Below, in pieces: positions 1 through 11,116 of a stretch of 64,000 nt of DNA; position 1 is the first letter of the stretch, and every line of letters starts with the position of its first letter. The DNA is taken from contig OZ218954.1 in the NCBI GenBank assembly GCA_965112735.1, forward strand, positions 3,410,001 through 3,474,000. The letters are read 5' to 3'. Under the pieces are notes generated by a model. The model worked only from the letters and a program-made list of their open reading frames with translations, was not told the DNA's origin and did not search any database. A program made the translations under genes and the position numbers. This DNA is from Phaeosaccion multiseriatum (taxonomy: Eukaryota > Protista > Ochrophyta, other classes).

Positions 1-891
1 CAAAGCTCGTCGTGAGATAGGGGATGAGCTCCACGGAGGCCCCCAGAAGAGCCTCAGGGGAGGGAGGAGGAGGAGGAGGAGGAGGAAGAGCGGGGGAAGC
101 ACTACTCGGACCAGCAGCAGAGTCAGTGTCGAGATGGAGAGGAGCAAGGAGGCAGTGAAAGAGTTAGTCCGGGGCAGGTATCTATAGTCTATGCACGTAC
201 AGCAGGCAGCAGCAGGAGGAGGTGTGGGGTTTCAGGAAGCAGCCTCCTTCCCTCCCCATGAGCAAAAACAGGCAGGCACCCCCCCTCGCTTTACCACAAC
301 CTACCCGATCTTCATGTCCTCCACAGCGCCGCTAGGAAGAATGGAACTGGCGCCCTCCTTCGACTCAGAAGCAACAGCACTTTTCTCCTCCGCCTTCTCG
401 TCCTTCTCCTCCTGTCGCGACGCGTCAAGAGAGGTGGTGAGCAGTGAGGCCACCATGCGTGGGGCTTCCTTCACCAGGCGCTGGTGCCACGCCACAAAGG
501 CCTTGTTGCCAAACCGCATCGGCTGCTGCACCGGAGGGATGTCGTCGACCCAGCTCTTCAGCTCCTCTAGAATGGTGCAAAGCTGGCCGACGACGGGGCT
601 CGTGTGGTAGGAAGAGGAAGCTGCTGAAGCCGCTGAACCTGACCCTTCCCCTCCCTCCCTGCCCTCTCCCTCTCCTCCTCCTCCTCCTGCTGCTGCTGCT
701 GCTGCTGCAGCTGCTCCTGTCTGTCGTGCTCGGCCCTTCGCAGCCTCATTGCAGAGCCTCACAAAGCGGAGCAGCTCGGCGTAGGTGGGCGACTTTGTGA
801 AGGCTCGAAGATCCTCCGCCGTGAAGATGGCTCGCGCCGGGACCTTCCACTCTCCCTTCCTGCCGTCGCCTCTTCCACTCGGAGAAGGCAT
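1..891 (-). CDS. PTPA: Phosphotyrosyl phosphatase activator (PP2A activator), 5' exons; gene runs off the left edge
   Basis: ORF 301-891 has 'LEELKSWVDDIPPVQQPMRFGNKAFVAWHQRL' and bases 1-60 (minus) read 'PEALLGASVELIPYLTTSF'; both are typical PTPA/Rrd1 segments. Intron between about 185 and 305, boundaries not fixed. Confidence 0.9.
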
Positions 892-1113
892 ACCTCCTCA
901 CAGGAAGATTGGGGGGAAGGGACGGAACAGAGGCAGTTCCTAAAAGTAAAGTTTCAACCGCAGCTTGACTCCTTCATTGTCGGGCGATGTCCCGCTCTTG
1001 CGGTGGTGAGCCAGCGGGAGCTGCTGGGAGAAGCAGCAACAGCAGGTGGAGGAGCAGGAGGAGGAAGAGCAAGGCGGAAGCCGCGAGAGGAGGCTGCAAT
1101 GTAGGGACACGGA

Positions 1114-2115
1114 ATGGAAAGCAGCGAGGCGACAAGGACAGATGCACAGGTTAAGGACAAAGAGCAGAAGCAGAAGCAACACCCAGCTGAAGCAGCAGAC
1201 ACTGCAGCAGGGGGGGTAGGAGGACGAGAGGGCATGAAGTCAGCCCCAGCCCATGGAGGGGCCGGACGGAGGCCCAGACAGCGCGAGCAAGAGAATAGTG
1301 ACCAAGGACTGCTTCCTCGCTGGACGAAGAGTCAAAACACTCGCCGGCATCTTGGGTCTTTCCTCCCGCCAGCCAGTAACTCACCAACAGCAGAAGTGGC
1401 GGCAAAGAAGGCGAAAAGAACCGCGTGGCATTGGAAGAGAAAGAGGAGGGGAGGCGGCGAGGGAAGAGGAGGAGGCTGCAACAATAAGAAGCGCAGCTCG
1501 TTGACCCGCGCAACCCTGTTCTATGGTGCAGTGGGTGTGATGGTGTGCTATTGCTTGTGGTGGTGGTGGCACTCGTTTCAACTAGTACTGAGCCATCATC
1601 AAGACCAGATACTGATGGGGCTGCCTCTTGACGCGCCAGGCAGGAGAAAACACCCCGCCCACCAGGAGCGAGCCATTGAGGAAGGGGAGATGAAGAAGAT
1701 AGGGCTGCAGCGGGGAGGAGGAAGAGAAGGGAAGCAAGACAGCAAGAAAGGAAGGGAGGAGGAGGAGGCGAGTGTACTCCTCCTCAACCCGAGTTGCAGC
1801 CCCCATGTCTTCCAGAAGGGAAGCGACTACGCAGGAGGAGACTTACGAATGGAGCCGATCACCACCAACATCAACACCAAAGGAGGAGAGAAGGAGGCCG
1901 AGTTGTGCTGCATGAAGTGTCGCGACGAGGGGCAATGCACGTCCTGGACCTTTGTGCCGAGCGATGGCTCGTGTTGGCTCAAAGAGACCCCCCTGGAGAG
2001 GTCCATTGCTACGGAGAAGGCCGGAGTCGTCAGCGGCACCATGAGAGATCGTAAGTAGTAGTAGTAGTAAGTAGTAGTAGTAGCAGAAGTAGTAGTAGTA
2101 GTAGTAGTAGTAGTT

Positions 2116-2167
<52 letters not shown>

Positions 2168-5100
2168 AAGCAGTAGAAGCAGTAGAAGCAGTAGGAGGAG
2201 GATTAGGAGGAGGAGGAGGAGGCGGGGGCCGAAGACTTTCTTTTTCGCATCCCTTACCCCCCCTTTCCTTCCTTTCTTGTCTTCCGTCCTCGTGCAATCC
2301 ACAACAGATTCTGACCCGACAGCTGTGAGGCAAAACCCCCGAAGAACCAACACGCAAAGGACGCACTCTTCCCCTCAATCACCCCCCCCCCCCTCTGTGC
2401 TGTGAAGTGGGAGGGGACCGTGGCAGAGAACGAACTGGCGAGCAGGGGCGGAGCTTATATCAGGACGAGAGGGCGGCTGACGACTGGTCCAGCGCCTTTC
2501 CGGTGGGCAATGGGGTGAGTAGTAAAACACTTTTAGTTGCTCTTAGTAGATCAGCAAGTCTTTTATCAAGTTAGTCAGATTGCAAGCAAGTTCTCCTTCG
2601 GCCGTTACACCTCACCCACTCTTCTCCATCTGCCCTACCCATACCTCTGTATATCTCTGTGTCCTTGCCGATCGATCTGCCTCCACCCAAGATGCTCGGT
2701 GCTCTCTTAAGCTTCTCGCCCTTCAGTGACGTGTTTCCCGTCAGCGAAGACTCAATGTGGGCAGGTGGGTGGGCTGCAAGGAATAGTTCCAGCTTCGACT
2801 CATCAATCACTCACTCAATCGTCCTACTCCCCATCAACCATGCACCTTTCATTATATCAATCAATCGACCAGTCAACCAACCCGTCAATCATCATGATCC
2901 TTCCATCCATTCCATCCACTTCCCAATCTTCATCAATCAATCAATCATTCAATCAATCAATCAATCAACCATCCAATTCATGAATCACTCCGGTTCTCCC
3001 ATCCATTCCATCCACCTTTCAATTTATCAATCAATGGATCAAACAATCCATCCATGCGTCACTATTCTACATCTCCCACCCACCCATTCTCCCGTGTATA
3101 CACCAGATCATCGACCCCCGCATCTCTAGTCGCCTCTCACCCCCCTCCAACCGCCCAACCCATCAGGCAAGTCCAAGCTGCCTAAGGGGCGGCGCTCACC
3201 GCTCCCTCCCAACAAGGTCAGCGAGTTCCGCAGGGCACGCGAATTGCTTCTCAAGGTAAGGAGTTTGCAGTTGTAGTTTCGGGCTCACTCCCTCCCTCAC
3301 TCACTCGCTCCCTCCCTCTTCCCCTCACTCACTCTCACTCACTCAGTCAGTCAGTCAGTCACTCACTCACTCACTCACTCACTCACTCACTCACTCACTC
3401 ACTCAGTTCCCTCCCTCCCTCCCTCCCCCCTCCCTCCCCCCTCCCTCCCGCCCTCCCTCCCTCCCTCCCTCCCTCCCTCCCTCCCTCCCTCCCTCTCTCC
3501 CTCTCCCCTCTCTCCCTCCCTCCCTCCCTCCCTCTCTCCCTCCCTCCACCCACACCCTCTCAACAATCACAAAGGGCGATGTATCCGGTGCCTCTCGAGA
3601 GGCTTCCAAGCTCAGCGCAGGGGAGGGCATGAGCTCCTATCAGTACTTGGGGGAGGTTTCTGTAACCGTCACTCCGGCTCAGGCTCAGGGGCAGGGGCAG
3701 GGGCAGGATCAACGGCAGCAGTTGGTGATACAGCAGTGGGGTGTGGAAGGGTACGCGCGGCACCTGCACCTGGAAAATGCCACTGCCACCGCTTCCTTCA
3801 TAGCTGTTCCACCACCACCAACAACACTAGTGCAGCAGCAGTTGGTGATACAGCAGCAGCAGGCACAGGTAGCAGCTGGACAGAGAGGACTACATCCAGA
3901 CGGAGGAGAGTCGTCGCCATCTGCAGCAGGCGAGGGGGAGGAGAAAGAATCTGCAACAGGCAACCACCCTCCTGCTCCTTCTCCTGTATCACCAACTGCG
4001 CCTCTTCCCATGAGTAAGAGGCAATTCCACCGCCGGGAGGGGTTTGTGAGCGCCGCCGATGGGATACTGGCCATGCGTTTTGAGTGTGAGGACGAGGAAG
4101 GGAGACCCTGTTTGAGGATGGAGGTAGGGGTATCAAAGCTTAGGGGAGGGGTGGGAGGGTTGAATGGAGGAGGTGATGGTGGTGGTGAGAATGAGCTGCG
4201 GATTGCAGGAATGACAGAGGCTACGTATTATGCCTTGAAGGAGGGAGGAGGAGCAGGAGGGGGAGGAGGAGGAGGAGGAGGAGGAGGAGGAGGAGGAGGA
4301 GGAGGAGGAGGAGGAGGTGGAGGAGGAGGAGGAGGAGGAGGAGGAGGAGGAGGAGGAGGAGGAGGAGCAGGAGAGAGGGGAGACCCGGCTCACTCGCAGG
4401 ACGAGCAAGACGACACGTTACAGGGACTACACGCCTCGGGCATGCGTCTTTTCCGACTCGGAGGAGAGGGGAAGGAGACCGGCTTCGAGCTGTGTCTGGC
4501 TGTGCTGGAGGAGGAGGAAAAGGAGGAAGATGGCAGTGGATGGGGCCCCCACGACGGGTGGAGTCCTGAGGAGGAGACGAAGAAGGATGGTGCGGGTGCT
4601 CCGCCTCGATCTCGATTTGTGCGGAGAGAAGCCGTGGTAAGGGTACCCCCTCCTCCCCGGAAGAAGAAGACGAAGAAGGAGAAGGAGAAGGAGAGGAAGG
4701 AGAAGGAGAAGAAGAAGAAGAGCACTGGGAAGATTCCAGTGGACGAGGACGAGACGGGGGCGGAAGAGACCTTTCGAACAGTGGTGCATCAGCTTCTCAC
4801 CGTGGGAGGGGGGGGCGAGCAAGATGATGATCGTTATGCTGCACATGTTGGTGATACAGTGGACAGAAGGAGGAAGACGCCGCCGCAGCAGCAGCACCAG
4901 CAGCCAGTGCGCTCGGCGGTGCTGCTCGTCGCGGGGGTGACGGACTATCGACGACGAGGAGGAGAAGGAGGGGATGGGGATGGCAGTGGATGGGGAGGAG
5001 ACAGCAGCGTTGGTGGTACGCTGTCGCCAGAAGAAGTGCATGAAGAATGTAAGCGGAGGCTCATCAACGCGGTGAGTGGGAGGGGGAGAGGATGGCAGTA

Positions 5101-7873
5101 GATGAGAGAAGGGGATGGAAGTCAATGGGGAGAGGATGAGGTGATCTCTCCCTCCCCAGTACCACTAACCCCTTTCCCCATATGCCTCTGTCTGTAACTG
5201 TCAGGCCCAGCTAGGCTACCCCTCCCTCCTGGAGCGCCACGTGGCGGATTACTCCGCTCTCTTTGACCGTGTGAGCCTGGACCTGCCACCCACAGAGCAA
5301 GAGAGGGCGTGTCCGCAGCAAGGCTTGCCTCTACATCAGAGGGTGCATCGAGTGGGCAAGGTGAGGGGGGTTTTGGTCATGTATTGACTTACGGGAATAA
5401 ACTACTACGATAGAGTTTTGTAAGTGTGTACTGTAGGGGGATGGGTGGCTGATGAATCACAAAGTCACAGCATTTGCCCCTCCATAAGCAACATCATATC
5501 CTACCCGGCCCTACCCTACCCTACCTTACCCTACCGTACCCTACCCTACCCTACCCTACCCTGCCCTTCCCTACCCTACCCTACCCTACCCTACCCTACC
5601 CTACCCTGCCCTTCCCTACCCTACCCTACACTACCCCACCCCACCCTACCCTTCCCTACCCTACCCTACCCTACCCTGCCCTTCCCTACCCTACCTTGCC
5701 CTTCCCTACCCTACCCTACCTTGCCCTACCCTACCCTACCCTACCCTGCCCTTCCCTACCCTACCCTTCCCTACCCTTCCCTACCCTACCCTACCCTACC
5801 CTACCCTACCCTACCCTGCCCTTCCCTACCCTACCTTACCCTACCTTACCCTACCCTACCGTACCCTACCCTACCCTACTCTACCCGCAGCACTGTGTCG
5901 ACAACAGGGAGCCAGCAGCAGACAAAGAGGACGCGAAGGAGAGGGGGCAATCGAAAGGAGGGGCAGGAGGAGGAGGAGCAGGAGGAGGAGCAGGAGGAGG
6001 GGGAGCAGCAGCACCAGCAGCAGCCGCAAATGGCGACGACGGCTCATCACTGCCTGTTGTGAAGGACCACTCCCTGGTGCCCTTATTGTACGACTTTGGC
6101 CGTTACTTGCTCATAAGCAGCAGCAGAGAGGGTTCGCAGCCCGCAAATCTGCAGGTGAGTAAGTCAATGCGTTGGTGGGTTAAGAGGTTCAGCTTGTAGA
6201 CCTTACTACCGAAGTCAAAAAGTAATCGACCCGGATCGCCTGTCCCCTCCCTCCCTCCCTCCCTCCCTCCTTCACCACCACCCATTCCCCTCCGCCCCTC
6301 GACCCATCTTATGCCCTCCCCCCACTCCACTCCCTCCTCCTCCCCTCCGTCTCTCCACCTCCACCCCCCCCCTCTACAGGGCATATGGGCCAACAGCGAC
6401 GTCGCCAAATGGAATGGCGATTACCACCTCAACATCAACTTGCAAATGGTAAGTACCGTCCTCTTCCTCATCTTTCGTGCATCAGCTGCCATATGTGAAC
6501 ATAACTATTGGGGTGCCCACACGCTCGCCTGCCTCATCCACTACCATCCACTACCATCCTTTAACAGAACCACTGCCATCTTCTGCCATCCACTGCCATC
6601 CATACTGCCATCCATCCACTGTCATCTGTCAACAGAACTATTGGGGTGCCCACGCTGCTCGCCTGCCCGAGACGACCCTTCCCCTCGTGTCCTTCATGAA
6701 CAGACTTGCGCACAGCGGCGCAGAGACAGCAGAGGCCTACTATGGAGTAGGAGGAGCTAGCCATGGTGGTGAACCAGACGTAGGAGGAAGGGGAGGGGGA
6801 GGAGGAGGAGGAGGAGGAGGAGGAGGAGGAGGAGGAGGGGAAGGGGTGGGCGCCACTGCTGGACGAGTTGGTGATGTAACAAGTATAGTGACGTGGAAGG
6901 CTTGGGTGGCCCACGGCTTTACCGACATTTGGATGGGCAGCGCCCCTTACTACGACGTTCAGGTGAGTGAGGGAGTGAGTGAGAGAGTGAGTGTGTGAGT
7001 AAGGGAGTGAGTGAGTGAGTGAGTGAGTGAGTTAGTAAGTGAGTGAGTGAGTGAGTGAGTGAGTGAGTGAGGGAGGGAGTGTGTGAGTGAGTGAGTGAGT
7101 TAGTGAGTGAGTGAGTGAGTGAGTGAGTGAGTGAGTGAGTGAGTGAGTGTGTGAGGGAGTGGTTGAGGGAGTGCGTGACAGAGTGAGTGAGTGAGTGGGT
7201 GGGTGGGTGAGGTGAGGGAGGGAAGGCTCTGTTGCAGCTGCAGCTGCACTTGATTGACCTCCATCGAAGGTTCTGTATATGTGTTCGAGATGGATATCTT
7301 GACAGATCAATCAAAGTGGGGCAAAACAACAAAGCGCACTCAAACCCCAAAATGAAACCGATCCACACGTACCTCTAATCTATAACTTAAACTCACACTT
7401 TGACATGGGTGCGTGGGTGCGTGGGTGCGTGGGTGCGTGGGTGCGTGGGTGCGTGGGTGCGTGGGTGCGTGGGTGCGTGGCTCCAGTGGGGCCTGTGTGT
7501 GACGTGCGGTGCGTGGCTGGGACTGCAGCTGTGGGAAGGCTTTGAGTTCGCCACATTGGAGCAGGAGGGGCTTCGGAAGGACGTGATGCCTGTCCTAGCA
7601 GGGGCAACAGCCTTCTTTCTGGACTACATGCATCTGGCCCATATGCCTTTATCGGACTCATTGGACTCGCATTTGCGGCAGCAAGGGGGGGGAAGGGAGG
7701 GGGAGGGGAAGGGGGAGGCGGGGGGAGAGGAGGAGGGTGAGGGGAAGGGGAAGGAGAGAGGTGTTGCGGTGCTTTTAACAGGCCCCACCACCTCCCCTGA
7801 GAACAGTTGGGGGCCGCAGGTATCGTTGGGCCTCGTAGAGCCACCCAAGCAGCAGCAGCAGCAGCAGTTGGTG

Positions 7874-7906
<33 letters not shown>

Positions 7907-8378
7907 GGCAAAGACAAGAGCAAGGGCGAGGATTCTCATGTCATCAACTTTCCGGTGGTGGCCATGAGTCCTGCGATCGACACAGGCGTGATTAACGCCC
8001 TCTTCACTGCCTTTGTGGCGGGGGTGGGCGAGCTTGAACGAGAGCAGTTGGAGAGAGAGGGACAGCGACAGCGAGAGCGAGGAGAGCGAATGGGAGAGAG
8101 AAGAGAGCACGGGGGAGAGCACGTGGAAGCAGAAACCTTTGATGATGGCATTGATGCGTCCTCCCTCAGGGCCCTCAGAGAGCTCGCAGCACGAGCCACG
8201 CAGGTGAGTGAGTTGGTGATATGATTGATACACCTGAGAGGGGGACTGAGACGGAGGGAGGCTCTGGGATGAGCGTATCAGTATCCGTATGTTCGTTCGA
8301 GATATGGATATCGATGTGTTCGATATTGACAGTATGGACAGTATCTTGATCGAATCGACTCGATTCGAGGTCGGTCAG

Positions 8379-8414
<36 letters not shown>

Positions 8415-9978
8415 GTCCCTGAAACTCTGAAACTGAAACGCCTACAATTGGCACCACCACCACCACCACCACCACCATCACCACCACCACAAAAATTCAA
8501 CTGAAATTTCAAAAACTCTGGCCACGCACACGACACATGACATCGAACTACACGAAACACAGGCCCTGCCCCTGCTGCCCCACGCGGCCACGGGCGGAGT
8601 GAGCGTAGGCACGGACGGGCTTATCGAAGAGTACAGGGGAGTGCCCTTCTCAGGCCTTCCCGACCCTGGGCACAGGCATTGGTCCGGCCTATGGGGGGTT
8701 TATCCCGGGCGGCAGGTGAGGCTTTTGGGCGAAGGGCGGCTGAGTGGAGGTGGAGGGCTGAGAGAGAGAGGGTGTTGAGGGAAGGGGTGAATGAGTGAGC
8801 GAGTGAGTGAGTGAGTGAGTGAGTGAATTAGTGAATTAGTGAGCGAGAGACAGAGTGAGTATCAGTTTCGTGCGTGAGTGCAGTGAGTAAGTGCATTCCT
8901 TTCCATTCACTCAGTCATTGAAACCCTCCCCTCCCCCCCCTCTCAGATATCGCCAATACACACGCCAGCCTTGGCCCTCGCTGCTCGTAAGACAACAAAT
9001 CTAAAGCTTGCAAATGGCGGCGGCCACACCAACTGGAGCAGAGCATGGGAATCCAACCTTCTCTCCCGCTTGGGGGACGGAGATGGGGCATTCGATTCCC
9101 TCTCGCGGCTGCTGAGAGACTTTACCAACCAAGGGCTTTTCACGTGCCATCCAGTGTTGACTGCTCTCTCTCAGGCCAAGTCTCTCCCGGCGCTAAAGAC
9201 GTGTTCGACATGTGTGGGCATTGATGAAAAGAGAGCGAAGGCACTTGCTTCACGTTCATCAGTCAGAGCACTAAGAGGAGCAAGAGGAGGGGCAGCAAAA
9301 GAGGGTATGTTGATGGAAGATGGGGCCGTGTTTCAGATCGATGGCAATCTAGGAGCCATGGCTGCCGTGAACGAAATGTTGCTGCAAAGCCAAGTGATGT
9401 ATGCAGGAGCAGGAGGAGAAGGAAGAGGAGGAGCAGGAGGGGAAGGAAGAGGCGGAGCGGGACCACCACCACCACCAGCAGCAGCAGCAGCAGCTGGTGA
9501 TACATCAGTTGGTGATACAGGAGGAAGACTTGGACTCCGAGGGGAGGTGGAGATCCACCTGCTGCCCGCCCTCCCTCAAGTATGGCCCCAGGGAAGCGTC
9601 AAAGGCCTCATGGCGAGGGGCGGTGTAAGAGTGGACTTGGAGTGGAAGGACGGCCGTTTGTCCTTGGCAGAGTTTCGGTGGGCGGGCGTGCAGGGGCGGA
9701 AACCTCCTGCCCTGCTCCGAGTACTGAGCAGCAACGGGGTCGCTCTGAAGCTTGAGGTGGTGTCAGGACCTGCAGGACCTCCTGTACCACCAACTGTCTC
9801 AGCTGCCGCCGCCGCTGCAGTTACTACTGCTGCTGCGGTTGGTGGTGGTGGTGAATCGCCAACTGGTAGTGGTGTACAAGGGGTGAACGAATTGCTTGTG
9901 TCCGGGGCGGCGCTGTTGCACGATGGAGTGGTACTCACTTTCACGCCCCTCACGACTCTCCCTCTGCAGAGTGAGTAG
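1114..9978 (+). CDS. Multi-exon GH95 alpha-L-fucosidase with N-terminal transmembrane helix and PAN/apple domain
   Basis: Successive exons give GH95 motifs: DDWSSAFPVGNG (~2479-2514), SEDSMWAG, SSYQYLG, LLERHVADYSALFDRVSLDL, FGRYLLISSSR..SQPANLQ, GIW...WNGDYHLNINLQM/NYW, WVAHGFTDIW, PTTSPEN, LIEEY..DPGHRHWS, GGGHTNWSRAW, FQIDGNLG..AVNEMLLQS, LLPALPQVWPQGSVKGLMARGG. Exon 1 (1114-2050) has a hydrophobic helix and DYAGGDL...CCMKC..C.SWTF....CWLK (PAN). Confidence 0.93.
2051..2195 (+). repeat. (TAG)n microsatellite in GH95 intron 1
   Basis: Direct tandem repeat starting at the gtaagt donor. Confidence 0.95.
5500..5885 (+). repeat. (CCTAC)n pentanucleotide satellite in a GH95 intron
   Basis: About 380 bp of ccctaccctac with variants. 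Confidence 0.95.
6964..7210 (+). repeat. (GAGT)n microsatellite in a GH95 intron
   Basis: Direct tandem repeat. Similar tracts at 3285-3404 (ACTC) and 8790-8890. Confidence 0.95.
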
Positions 9979-10137
9979 GGAGGGGAGGGGAGGGTGGGGT
10001 GGTATTGGATGGCACTGGTTAAGTCCAGTTTTCAGTTTCAGTTTCCCCCCCTCCTAGCGCAGCACACTGTATGTAGGAATGTAACAAAAAATTTGAATGC
10101 CGTGGAATCACGCAAGCATAAGTGACGCTACCGTATG

Positions 10138-11057
10138 CTATGAAAACAGATTCCCTCCCCCCAGGCGATTTCTACGAGAAGAAGAGGGAGAAGCAGAAGA
10201 AGCAGAAGCAGGCGGTTGACGTTGTGGCTGCCCCCTTCCTCCTCCTCCTCCTCCTCCTCCTCCTCCTCCTCCTCCCCACAGCATGGAGCGATTATCGACA
10301 GTTACATCAGATCGGTCGCGCAGAGAGGGCTTTCGCTGCGGTAGCTGTGGCCGTCCACTGCCGCCCACCACCCCGTCACCCCCCAACCCGCCACCCCCAG
10401 CCCCGCCAAACGTTCTCTTTGGGGGTGGTGGCGGCACGGCAGCAGGAGCAGCAGCAGTTGGTGATACAGTAGCAGCAGAAGCTCCGTAAGAAGCAGCAGC
10501 AGCAGCACCGGCGGCAGCAACAGCAGCAGGGGGACGAGCCGCTGGACTTGGGCGGGCCGGTACAGCGGGTATAGAATCGCCGTCCCCCTCGCCGTTCCAA
10601 CCTCCTCCCAGCTGTCGCCGCCTGGGGGGGGGCGCAGCAGTGGCCTTGGGAGGAGGGACAGCAGTTGGTGATACAGCAGGGGCATTCCACCCTCCAGCGA
10701 GTTGGCGGCGTCGCACGGGAGGAGGAGCCGCAGCAGTTGGTGATACAGCTGCAGGAGCAGTAGCAACACCAGTCGCGACTTCGTCGTCGCCAGCCGTGAC
10801 TCCGTTCTCGTTTCCACTCTCGCCAGGCGGAGAGCGTGGGCCGCCCCTGCCCTCTTTCTCCTCTTCCTTCTTGCCTTGTTTGGGGCTCCCCCAGCCACCC
10901 CCCAACCCCTTCCCCTTCCCTTTGAAGAACTTTGGAGAGAGCGACAAGAGCGCCGACTGTGGGGACCGTCGAAAGCCCCCTCCTCCCCCTCCTCCAGGAG
11001 AGGGAGAGCTGATGGACTCGCCCTCTTGTCGCCGATGACTGCTGTCATCATCATGAC

Positions 11058-11116
<59 letters not shown>

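Noticed and set aside
3986-3996. TATCACC resemblance of the dispersed motif to the phage lambda operator half-site
   Set aside because: Only 7 bp, with no operator dyad and no phage context; treated as coincidence.
5424-6199. Extensin-like (PYPTL)n ORFs
   Set aside because: Translation of an intronic (CCTAC)n satellite.
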